Origin: Myxococcota bacterium
Lineage (GTDB): Bacteria > Myxococcota_A > UBA796 > GCA-2862545
Direction of reading: 5' to 3'
Length of the DNA: 32,947 bases
Assembly: GCA_039208735.1 (NCBI GenBank)
Contig: JBCCQY010000105.1
Location: forward strand, 1-32,947
Below the pieces are notes generated by a model. That model ran no database searches. It worked only from the letters and a program-made list of their open reading frames with translations, and had not been told where the DNA came from. Position 1 is the stretch's first letter, and every line of letters begins with the position of its first letter. The translations under genes and the position numbers were made by a program. This document shows, piece after piece, positions 7,963 to 16,520 of the stretch.

Positions 7963-9759
7963 TCAGGGAACCGCCCCCGGACGTCGAAACCAGTATCGCG
8001 GCCAGGCATAGCCGAGCCCATCACCGCCGATGCCTCCCACCACGCAATCCTCGACGGACAGGCGGCGCGCAACGGCGGGGAGCCGCAACTCCCCTTCGGG
8101 AACCGCTGGGCACACGGCAGGATCACGCCAGCAGGTCGGCAACGTTGCCGTCCGCTCGGCGCAGGCCAACCCCACCCCCGTCGCAATGCCGCGGTAGCCT
8201 GAGTCTTTGGGTACGCCGGGCGGCGCATCCCCCCAACACACAATGGTGCCATCACCGGTCGCAATGCCACAGCCGTACACGGCGTTACCGCCCTGAGTGC
8301 CATCGATTTCAAGAAACGGCCCCGGAGGGAGGGCGACCGCCAGCCCGTCACCCGTCGTGGCATCGAAGCACGACACCAACTGGTCTTGGTCTCGCACGCA
8401 GACGCCGTTGGCACCAAACGGGGCGATATCTTGGGCGTTGACGGGCATCACGATGGCGCCGCCCCCACCGTGATCGAGACACGTCGCGTTGCCCTCGTCA
8501 TCGAGAGAGCACACCCGGGAGCCCATGACGGACAGGTCCACCCTGTCGTTTCCGAGGTCCACCGCCCACACATCCTGCCCATCGGCGCATGTCACACCAT
8601 TGGCGGTGCTTGCGCACGCGATCCCAGGCCCCAGCGCAACGTCGAGGTAGCCCGTGCCGTCAAGACCCGGACCGTCGCCCCATGGTGCTTCCGTGCTCGT
8701 TGGAAACGCCCGGGGATGTGGCGGAACCCCACCGAGCACGGGAGCATCGTCTCGCCAACAGGCGAGGCTGCCGTCCGTGGCGAGCAACGCGCAACCAAAG
8801 CCATCGCTGATCGAAAGCGCGGTGATGGGCGTATCGCAGGCATCCCCCCATCCGCGGTTGGCGGAGTCGACCTGCAGGGGATCCGGCACAAACGGGCAAA
8901 CATCCAGGCTATTGGGGACCCCGTCCAGGTCGGTATCGAGGAAGGTGGTGAAGTCGGGCACCGTTTCGTTGGTGCTCTGCACCCGTTGCAGCTCCGAGAG
9001 ACCTAGACGGGGCAGCGCAGGATCGAGCTGGGTCTGCGCCGTGTCGAACAACCCCTGAAGGTTGGCATCCGGCGTGTTTCCACCGAGGAAGGCGTTTCGA
9101 AGGTCATCGAGGTAGCTCGCCAGTGAGCCGGTTCCTTCACGCTCGAGGAACAGGCCGACTTGCGCGACGATCGACGAGGTCGCAAACAACCACGCAGACT
9201 CATCCCCCTCGGCGAAGATCGGACTGCCCGAACCACGATCGGGCCCCTTCGGCAGCCCAAGTGCCAAGGCCACAGCAGTTTCGGCTTCGACGGTGGCCTC
9301 GGCGAACGTACGTCCCTGCGCAACCAACTCGGCCACCCGCGGCCGGCTCAGATCGGTGAGGAGGGTGAGCTGCACCGCGGCGGAATCTTCGTTCAGTTCG
9401 CCGTACCCCGACAACGACAGCGGCTGGCTAGGGAAGGCCCCCCGTGCCTCGTCGTAGGGCGCACCTGTGGTCTCGATAAGCACGAGGCCGCGGCCCGTAG
9501 CGACGTACCGGCCAGCGGTCCCGACCAGGCTCACGGTTGGCTCACCAACCGGCTGGAGACCCGGATTCAGGGACTGCACCGAGACTTCCGTGCCCTCGGC
9601 CATGGGCCCCTTGAAGACGATGCCGTCGCCTTGGTAGGGCCCTTCCGTGGACGTGGTGCTCGTCGGTCCGAGCGTCCCGATAGGGTCGGTGGTGCCTGGC
9701 GATCCCGGGGCGCTGCAAGCGACCGACGCCAATGCCAATGAGATTAGGAAGCGCAACAT
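7963..9759 (-). CDS. Lipoprotein with thrombospondin type 3-like Ca-binding repeat and RCC1-like beta-propeller repeats
   Basis: Signal MLRFLISLALASVA|C; T/S/P linker; DTDLDGVPNSLDVCPFVPDPLQVDS..GWGDACD (TSP3-like); repeated G..C.....G...CWG units (RCC1-like). Confidence 0.8.
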   Translation of the reverse strand: MLRFLISLALASVACSAPGSPGTTDPIGTLGPTSTTSTEGPYQGDGIVFKGPMAEGTEVSVQSLNPGLQPVGEPTVSLVGTAGRYVATGRGLVLIETTGAPYDEARGAFPSQPLSLSGYGELNEDSAAVQLTLLTDLSRPRVAELVAQGRTFAEATVEAETAVALALGLPKGPDRGSGSPIFAEGDESAWLFATSSIVAQVGLFLEREGTGSLASYLDDLRNAFLGGNTPDANLQGLFDTAQTQLDPALPRLGLSELQRVQSTNETVPDFTTFLDTDLDGVPNSLDVCPFVPDPLQVDSANRGWGDACDTPITALSISDGFGCALLATDGSLACWRDDAPVLGGVPPHPRAFPTSTEAPWGDGPGLDGTGYLDVALGPGIACASTANGVTCADGQDVWAVDLGNDRVDLSVMGSRVCSLDDEGNATCLDHGGGGAIVMPVNAQDIAPFGANGVCVRDQDQLVSCFDATTGDGLAVALPPGPFLEIDGTQGGNAVYGCGIATGDGTIVCWGDAPPGVPKDSGYRGIATGVGLACAERTATLPTCWRDPAVCPAVPEGELRLPAVARRLSVEDCVVGGIGGDGLGYAWPRYWFRRPGAVP

Positions 9760-9930
9760 GCCAGGTCCTTAGCGCGAACACAGCACGGAGCCGGGCTCCG
9801 CCGCGTTGCGGGATGAAGGTGTGACCCTCCCTACGACAGCGGCGGCAGCGGAACGCCAAACTCAACGCAACGCCGATCGCACTTCACCGGCTTGACCTCG
9901 TACCGCCACTTGCTTATCAATGGATAAATA

Positions 9931-9949
9931 GAAAATGAAAATCATTTTC
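9931..9949. promoter_or_regulatory. Fur-family operator (Fur box-like)
   Basis: GAAAATGAAAATCATTTTC has perfect 8-bp inverted arms and matches the classical GATAATGATAATCATTATC at 16 of 19 positions. It lies in the only strongly AT-rich patch of the window, with TTGACC at 9892-9897 upstream. Confidence 0.7.
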
Positions 9950-10003
9950 AATAATGGCGTGAGTCCGTCTCCACGAGCGAACTCGGCCCTGAGGAGCTAG
10001 CGA

Positions 10004-10855
10004 ATGGCGGAGAGCAAGGTCCCGGTGAAGCTAGGGCCCGTGCAGGAGACACTGTTGATTCCGTTGCTTGGCCGGGTCGTCGAGTCCCAACGGCCTGGCG
10101 GAATGCTGCAGGATCCCAAGGCGATCGAGATCCTCGAGGTGCTCGACTACGACTTCGACAAGTGGGGTTCGAAGCAGGCTCGCCAATCTGCAGCGGGGGC
10201 TGCGATGCGGACACGGGCGTTCGACACCTATGTGGAGCGGTTCGTCGCAGCCCATCCCCGAGGCACGGTGGTGGAGATCGGGTGCGGCCTGAATACCCGC
10301 TTCGAGCGGGTCGACAATGGCACGATCCAGTGGTTCGACCTCGACCTTCCCGACGCGATCGCGCTGCGCCGCCAATTTTTCGACGACACCGCGCGCCGAA
10401 CCATGCTGGCCGCCTCGGTCCTCGACACCGACTGGATGGAGCCCGTGGCGGCGACCGGAGGCCCCTGGCTGTTCGTGGCCGAAGCGGTCCTCATTTACCT
10501 CGATCACGCCGATGCGCGGCGGGCCATCGAGCAACTCGGGTCGCGCTTCGCGGCCTTCGAACTCGTGTTCGACACGACCGACCGCACCATGATCGCGCGA
10601 CAGCGCCACAGCGCCCTCATGAAGGCCTTGAGCCAGGACAGCTGGTTCCGCTGGGCCTGCGACGACCCCACCGAGATCCAGGGCTGGGTGCCTGGCCTCA
10701 CCTTGGCGGACTCGGGTACGTTCATCGACGCAGCGCCCGACCTGATGCGGGGCCTGCCGGGGATCTTCGGCTTCGTCGCTCGCTACGCTCCCTGGCTCCT
10801 CCGCTTGGCGATGAAGGGATACCGGCTCAACCGCTTCGTGCGGACGGAGGCCTGA
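10004..10855 (+). CDS. Class I SAM-dependent methyltransferase, leucine carboxyl methyltransferase/TcmP-like family
   Basis: VQETLLIPL, RTRAFD, VVEIGCGLNTRFERVDNG, WFDLDLPDAIALRRQFF and AEAVLIYL motifs; GAGGAG RBS. Confidence 0.9.
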   Translation: MAESKVPVKLGPVQETLLIPLLGRVVESQRPGGMLQDPKAIEILEVLDYDFDKWGSKQARQSAAGAAMRTRAFDTYVERFVAAHPRGTVVEIGCGLNTRFERVDNGTIQWFDLDLPDAIALRRQFFDDTARRTMLAASVLDTDWMEPVAATGGPWLFVAEAVLIYLDHADARRAIEQLGSRFAAFELVFDTTDRTMIARQRHSALMKALSQDSWFRWACDDPTEIQGWVPGLTLADSGTFIDAAPDLMRGLPGIFGFVARYAPWLLRLAMKGYRLNRFVRTEA

Positions 10856-11565
10856 TGTCCAACGAAGACCTCGATGTCCGGATCCCGTTTCGGACGCTGC
10901 GGTGGTTCCTCCTGCTGTCGGTCGTGGGCTCGGTGACCGTAGCCACTTGCAACACGCTGGTGGTCGCCCACGGCGACATCCAGAATTGGCCCATGTGGTC
11001 GATGAACCTCGCCTACTGGGCGGGCTCCATGACGCTGGCGTTTTCAAGCGTCGGGATCGTCCTCGTCACCTTCGTGGGCCTGCGGCCCGCCGGCCTCGCC
11101 TGGGCGCTGCCGCCTGCCCTGCTGTTCGGGTACTTCCTCGCACTCGGGTCGGCCGGGCACGGGTCGTTCTTCCCGCTGTACGAAACGCACCAGGTCATGC
11201 TCGCGGCCCCCGAAGGCTCCGAAGCCAGAACGGTCGTTGAGGGGCTCCGCGGGCAGATGCGCCTGAACATGTTCGTTCTGTTCTTCACCCCGGTCACCCT
11301 GCTGGCCATCGGGTCCATCTGGTACTCGCTCGTCGTCTTCTTCCGCTCCACCCTCTTCCCGCGGTGGATGGGGCTGGTGAACCTCTTCGCCATCGCCCTT
11401 GCGACGTTCACGCTCGGTGAGCAAACGTTCATCCCCGAGCCATTCAAGACGCTGTTTCAGGGCTTCGGCTTCCATGGGGGACTGCTCACCTACTATGCGC
11501 TCGCGTACACGTTCCTCGCTCGCCGAGACCGGGAGAGCGGCGAAACCGCTTACGGCGCTACGTAA
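10855..11565 (+). CDS. Multi-pass membrane protein of unknown function (236 aa)
   Basis: ATG overlaps the methyltransferase stop (TGATG); about 6 hydrophobic segments. The upstream extension to 10162 in the ORF track overlaps the methyltransferase and is not considered real. Confidence 0.8.
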   Translation: MSNEDLDVRIPFRTLRWFLLLSVVGSVTVATCNTLVVAHGDIQNWPMWSMNLAYWAGSMTLAFSSVGIVLVTFVGLRPAGLAWALPPALLFGYFLALGSAGHGSFFPLYETHQVMLAAPEGSEARTVVEGLRGQMRLNMFVLFFTPVTLLAIGSIWYSLVVFFRSTLFPRWMGLVNLFAIALATFTLGEQTFIPEPFKTLFQGFGFHGGLLTYYALAYTFLARRDRESGETAYGAT

Positions 11566-14500
11566 ACGGCAGCACCGACGCTCGGCTCCGGCATCGTTTG
11601 CCAAACCACGAGCGCCTCGCCTGTGGCCGACATCGCGACTTGCGGTTCGACGGAACCGTCACCGATTCCACTTTGGTCGATCTGCTCCGCGAGACCCCAT
11701 CCCTTCGTTGGATCGAAGTGAGCCGCGCGGATCCGAAACTCGATGGAAGAGGCAGCGACGTTCTGGGACCACACAACCATGGCGTTGCCACCAGCGTCAG
11801 CGGCGACATCGAGCCCATTGACGACCACTTGCGCGCTCCCCTGGTCTTCCTCGAGCAACGTTGACGCTCCCCACGTCCCTGTCGCGTGATCGTAGCGATT
11901 TGCGTAAACATCCCACAGTCCCCCGTCCTCTTCGAGCCAGGCCACGAACACGTTGTCGAGCCCATCGATCGCAAGCTGTGGAACCCGGGCATCTTGGTTA
12001 CCGCGTTTTGGCGCCTCAAGATCATCCCACGCGTCGAGGGTCGCGTTGTAAGCATAGACCTCGACGGAATCGGCATTGCCTGCCACGCCCTGCTTCAAAA
12101 CGGCAACGACCGCACTTCCGTCGGACCGCATGCCCGCCTCCTGAGGCTCGTGCCCAAAGGAGTCGGGGCTGAGCACCGGTGCCGACCATGTGGCCGTTGC
12201 GACGTCATAGATCGAATGGTAAAGGCCCGAGTCTGCAAACACGGCCCGGTGTTGGAACCAGACGGCCACGCCGTTCCCAACCGCATCGATCGCGAACACG
12301 GGGGCCAGACCGTCGCCCGAATCGTCGGTTTCGAGCACCTCGGGGGATGACCACTGCGCGCCTCCCGGGTCGTAGACCGAACGCCACCCTTTGCTGACGG
12401 GGTAGGTCAGGTCCGGGTTCCGCGTCCAGCCCGCGATGACCTGACCATCCTCGTTGGCCACGAGCGACACATTGAAGTTGCTTCCTTCGTCCAGAAGGGT
12501 CTGCCCCTGCCAACCCGCTCCGGGGGTATAGAGGCTCGCCTCAACCGCGGTGTCTCGCCACAACGCCATCGCACGGCCCGAGCCCGTCATCGCGATGCGG
12601 GGTCGCACGCTGTTGAACGAAAGGTCCTCGATGAGTTCGAGTGCACGAAACGATCCACCGGAGTAGCGCACCACCCCGATATGGTCGTCAAACGAAATGG
12701 GGTCGGGATCGCTGTCTGTATTGAAGACGATGGCTCCGTTCCCGGAAGCGTCCATGGCCACGGAGGGCTCCCATCCAGACCCAAGGTCCATGGTCGGCTG
12801 CCAGCCAGGTGGTAGGGGCACGGGTTTGCCATTCCCGGTGTCGGTCGAAGATTCGGTCGTCGACCCGGAACCATAGGTCACGTTCATGACGTCGCGATCG
12901 ACGTTCGTGCCTGCCGAGCACCCGAACGCCAGGCACGCTGCGACAAGTCCCTTGCCTCGACGGCGCACCAACCCGATCAACAACAAGATCCAGAGCCCCG
13001 CCCCAGGTGCGGGCGTTGCGCAGCCACACCGCGCGGGCTCGGACGTGGGGAGGAGTCCGTCGGGCTCGTCCTTCGAATCCGAATGAACGTCGAATTCCAC
13101 GACGGCTCGGCTCACGAAGCCCGCGGCGTCCTCTGCCTCGGCTTCGATCCAGTGAGTGCCGGTCTCCAGCCTCACCGCTTCGTTCACGATCGGCCCGGTC
13201 ACATCGAGGTCCGTGCCATCGATCCGAAGGGTCGAGTCCGTCAGACCGAACTCGTCCGTCAACACGACCTCGATCGGGATGGGAGCTTCCGCAGCCCAGG
13301 AAGAACCCGGTGCAGGCGAGACGATGCGAACGACGGGCGGGAGCCGGTCGACATCGGCACAAGCGTCCGTAGTGGTCGGGCGACCTGTGACCGTCAGCAG
13401 GTGGGCGCACACCCGCTCGGGGGTGGGGCGTAGAAGATCTTCGGCGTCGAGTTCAGTGATGGTGCGCACCGTCGCATCGACAACGGTCACCGGGGCCTCG
13501 AAGAGCACCTGCTCGGACGGAACAATATCGGGCGACCCGCTCGTGTCCCGTACCCCTGGCATGCGGTAGTCGAATCGAAGGGCATCGATGTCCTCGGCGA
13601 GGGGAAGTCCTCCACCAAAAGGCACCTTCGCGACAAAGGGGAGCCGATCCGTGCCATCGTTACCTGCGACCGTTGCCGTTGTGTAGCCGGCCACGATGAG
13701 CCCTTCCGGCGTTGCGTGCACATCCGTGAACGCCTCGTTGCCATCGGAGTCGAGCGTCGCGAACCACTCGGGCTCGAGCCGGGAGCCGAGACTCGCCATC
13801 CAGGCCGTCCGCACATCGTTGCCCGCGTGCCCTGCGACCACCACCGAATCCTCAACGACAGCGAGGGTTGTGAGCGTGTCGTAGGCCGTGTCATAGACCT
13901 GCGGAAGAAACGGGACGGGGAGTTCGTCGACCCACACTTCGCCATCGGTCGCGACCAACATCGCGTGGATGGCGCTGGAGCCGTCTGGCTCGACCCGAAC
14001 CACGAAGCTTGCCCCAGTTCGAGTGACGTCACGCACCGCGGAGCCCACCGCGACGAACGCACCATCCGCCGCCTCTTCGACATCGAACAATCGGCCGAGT
14101 CGTCGCGTCGATACGATGGCGTAGCTCCACACCACCTCGCCATTACCGGGCTCGATCCGCATTATCCATGCGTTGTCGAGTGAGAAGGGATCGGGACCAT
14201 GCTCGGTCGTTCCGACCACGACGAGATCGCCGTCCGACGTCTCGGTGGCCGCGTGGAGCTGCTGTCGACCATCCCCTTCGTAGATCTTGGCCCACACGAT
14301 ATCTCCGGCTTCCGTAAGCCTCGCAATGATCGCGTCGTCCTGCGGTCCCCTCGCCAGATGCCCGAGCCAGAACACACCGTCTTCTCCGAACTTCTCGAGG
14401 CCATTGATCTCGGCGGTGAAGGGCCGGTCCCCATCCGTGACTTCGTACGAACGGGCCCACAGCAGGTCATTGTCAGGTTCGAAGACGCCCATCCACGATG

Positions 14501-16439
14501 GCGCCCCCCCGACCAAGTGCGTCTCATCCGACAGAACGACCACGTTGTCGGGGCTATGGGTCACGAATTCGGTTTGGAGCCCGGCGCCGAACGATTCGTT
14601 CATCGAGCAAGTGGAATCCAAGATCCAAAGGCGGTGATCCCCTGGTCCCTCCGAAGTCAGTGCCAACGCACCGTTCGGCAACGTCGTCGCGGTGACCCGT
14701 TCGACGGTCGGGTTCGCGACGTCAATCTGGTCGAAGACCACCATCCAGCGAAGGTCACCTCCGGACGTAAACCGATTCAACGCCAACGGATCGGGAACCT
14801 CGAGCGCCGACAACAGCGCATCAGGATGAAACTCGAGGACGCCGCCAAGAGGGTATTCGGCGATGGACTCCCCGAGGATATCGAGCGCAAGGGTACCTTC
14901 GAGCGTGTGACCCGGCCGGATAGCGAACCAGGGCGTCTTCAGGGGCTGGACGTCGAGCCGACCGAACAGCCCGGCCGTGAGCATGACGCGAGAGCCCGTG
15001 GCGCACTCGGGCCACCGGGGCCCGCCGATCCACAACGTGGCGTCGAGCTGGGTTCCGACCTGCGCGAAGGCTCCGAGCGTCGGCGTCAGTTGGGGCGGCG
15101 TGATCTGGAGAGGGTGTGACGTCATCTCGCTGTCGTGCGAGCAGACGCCACCGCGGCCGTCGTTGTCGAAGCAGGTGACGGTAAACGCGTGGTGGACGCG
15201 ATGTTGGAAGTCGAGGAGCATCCCTGCCTCGAGTCCCGCTTCCACGGTCAGCAGATGTTCGAGGTGCAGCCGCATCGGCAACCGAACCGGGCCAAACCGT
15301 AGATCCGGCAGGGGAAAGCATGTTTGCCCCAGGGTGCGTTCGTCTTCGTCTTGCACGTCGGCCATCGCATGAAGCTGGGCCGCCAAGATGGCCTCGGACT
15401 CAAATCGCACCACGAGCTGGGTTCCACCGGGCCGTATGCGAAGCGTAAGGCTAGGTTTCAGCGTGCTTGCGTGGACCTGTCCCGATACGTTGATCGCGCC
15501 ATTCATCAGCGACAGGTCATTGAACGGAAAGGGTGCGGACCAGCCCTCACGCTCTTCGAGGGGAACCTCGTCCCCGTCGAGTTCGGCGATTGGCGTGCCT
15601 CCCACGGGCCCGGTGCCTACCTGCCCATCCGTCGAAGTGCTGAACGTTGCGTAGGCGTAGAGATTCTTGAGGTCGACCGCATCGGTGACCCGACCCGTAA
15701 GCGTCACGAACTGACCGGAGCCTGCGTCTTCGACTTCGCTGGTTTCGGCGACAAAATAGTGGAACCCCTCGGGGAGCAACGACAGATCCGTACCCGGGGC
15801 CGGTCTGAAGTAGAGGGCCGTCGTGCTGAGATCGGTGTCGAGGAGTTCTGGAGGGGCGCCCAGCACATAGAACAGGCGCATGGAAACGGTGTCCGCCGGA
15901 TCCCACGGGGGTGGGCCGAACGGATCGAAAGGGACGTTTCCCGCGACTTCGTAAGCGGCAGCATCGGCCTCGGTCCAATCGTAGAGGACGACGTCATCTT
16001 TGAGCTGGGGGACTTCCTCGGCCCACACCCGAACCGGCACCTGGCCCTGCTCGAGGGCGTCGACCAGCGCATCGAGGTCCACGAGGGAGCCGACCTCGAC
16101 GACCGCGTCGATCGTGCTCGCCGCTTCCGGCGTCGCACCGCCGGCTGACGTGAGCGCGGGAAAGACGGCCGCCCCCAACGTTCGAGCGTCGAACGCCGTC
16201 TGTTGTGAAAAATCGGGCACGGCCACCGCCCGTTCGAAATGGCCGCCTTCCTGGTTCCGAAGCACGACCGACAGCGTGACATGACGCTTCCCCGAGCCAA
16301 GGTCGACCACCGACTGAACGCCGAATCGCTCGGGCGAAAGTTCATCCGCGAAGTCGATCCAGATCGGCAGGTCTTCGACGTAGTGCTCTTGGACTTCGGT
16401 GATCTGAGCGAACGCCAGTGGAGTGAGCAAAAGGACCAT
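11550..16439 (-). CDS. Large secreted/surface protein (1629 aa): beta-rich domains, beta-propeller, Ig-like domain, internal MYXO-CTERM, lipobox, second beta-propeller-like domain
   Basis: GGAGG before ATG 16439; signal MVLLLTPLAFA|Q; repeats of the type IARLTEAGDIVWAKIY; Ig-like PPVVRIVSP...GTHWIEAEAEDAAG; RCGCATPAPGAGLWILLLIGLVRRR; then GKGLVAACLAFGC; repeats of the type P.VA.D..GN...VW to the C-terminus. Confidence 0.85.
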   Translation of the reverse strand: MVLLLTPLAFAQITEVQEHYVEDLPIWIDFADELSPERFGVQSVVDLGSGKRHVTLSVVLRNQEGGHFERAVAVPDFSQQTAFDARTLGAAVFPALTSAGGATPEAASTIDAVVEVGSLVDLDALVDALEQGQVPVRVWAEEVPQLKDDVVLYDWTEADAAAYEVAGNVPFDPFGPPPWDPADTVSMRLFYVLGAPPELLDTDLSTTALYFRPAPGTDLSLLPEGFHYFVAETSEVEDAGSGQFVTLTGRVTDAVDLKNLYAYATFSTSTDGQVGTGPVGGTPIAELDGDEVPLEEREGWSAPFPFNDLSLMNGAINVSGQVHASTLKPSLTLRIRPGGTQLVVRFESEAILAAQLHAMADVQDEDERTLGQTCFPLPDLRFGPVRLPMRLHLEHLLTVEAGLEAGMLLDFQHRVHHAFTVTCFDNDGRGGVCSHDSEMTSHPLQITPPQLTPTLGAFAQVGTQLDATLWIGGPRWPECATGSRVMLTAGLFGRLDVQPLKTPWFAIRPGHTLEGTLALDILGESIAEYPLGGVLEFHPDALLSALEVPDPLALNRFTSGGDLRWMVVFDQIDVANPTVERVTATTLPNGALALTSEGPGDHRLWILDSTCSMNESFGAGLQTEFVTHSPDNVVVLSDETHLVGGAPSWMGVFEPDNDLLWARSYEVTDGDRPFTAEINGLEKFGEDGVFWLGHLARGPQDDAIIARLTEAGDIVWAKIYEGDGRQQLHAATETSDGDLVVVGTTEHGPDPFSLDNAWIMRIEPGNGEVVWSYAIVSTRRLGRLFDVEEAADGAFVAVGSAVRDVTRTGASFVVRVEPDGSSAIHAMLVATDGEVWVDELPVPFLPQVYDTAYDTLTTLAVVEDSVVVAGHAGNDVRTAWMASLGSRLEPEWFATLDSDGNEAFTDVHATPEGLIVAGYTTATVAGNDGTDRLPFVAKVPFGGGLPLAEDIDALRFDYRMPGVRDTSGSPDIVPSEQVLFEAPVTVVDATVRTITELDAEDLLRPTPERVCAHLLTVTGRPTTTDACADVDRLPPVVRIVSPAPGSSWAAEAPIPIEVVLTDEFGLTDSTLRIDGTDLDVTGPIVNEAVRLETGTHWIEAEAEDAAGFVSRAVVEFDVHSDSKDEPDGLLPTSEPARCGCATPAPGAGLWILLLIGLVRRRGKGLVAACLAFGCSAGTNVDRDVMNVTYGSGSTTESSTDTGNGKPVPLPPGWQPTMDLGSGWEPSVAMDASGNGAIVFNTDSDPDPISFDDHIGVVRYSGGSFRALELIEDLSFNSVRPRIAMTGSGRAMALWRDTAVEASLYTPGAGWQGQTLLDEGSNFNVSLVANEDGQVIAGWTRNPDLTYPVSKGWRSVYDPGGAQWSSPEVLETDDSGDGLAPVFAIDAVGNGVAVWFQHRAVFADSGLYHSIYDVATATWSAPVLSPDSFGHEPQEAGMRSDGSAVVAVLKQGVAGNADSVEVYAYNATLDAWDDLEAPKRGNQDARVPQLAIDGLDNVFVAWLEEDGGLWDVYANRYDHATGTWGASTLLEEDQGSAQVVVNGLDVAADAGGNAMVVWSQNVAASSIEFRIRAAHFDPTKGWGLAEQIDQSGIGDGSVEPQVAMSATGEALVVWQTMPEPSVGAAVYVAP

Positions 16440-16520
16440 GCAGCCTCCCACTCGGCGGGTAGCGCCTCTCGACCCAGCAGATGTTCGCAACTCGTACGCA
16501 ATGGCCAGCTACTTTGGTCC

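Noticed and set aside
10162..10854. N-terminal extension making the membrane protein 467 aa
   Set aside because: It overlaps the methyltransferase in another frame; the TGATG-coupled start at 10855 is more plausible.
16239..16520. Upstream extensions of the STAND regulator (from 16239) and of the large protein (to 16490)
   Set aside because: They would make divergent genes overlap. Domain boundaries and the GGAGG RBS support starts at 16521 and 16439.
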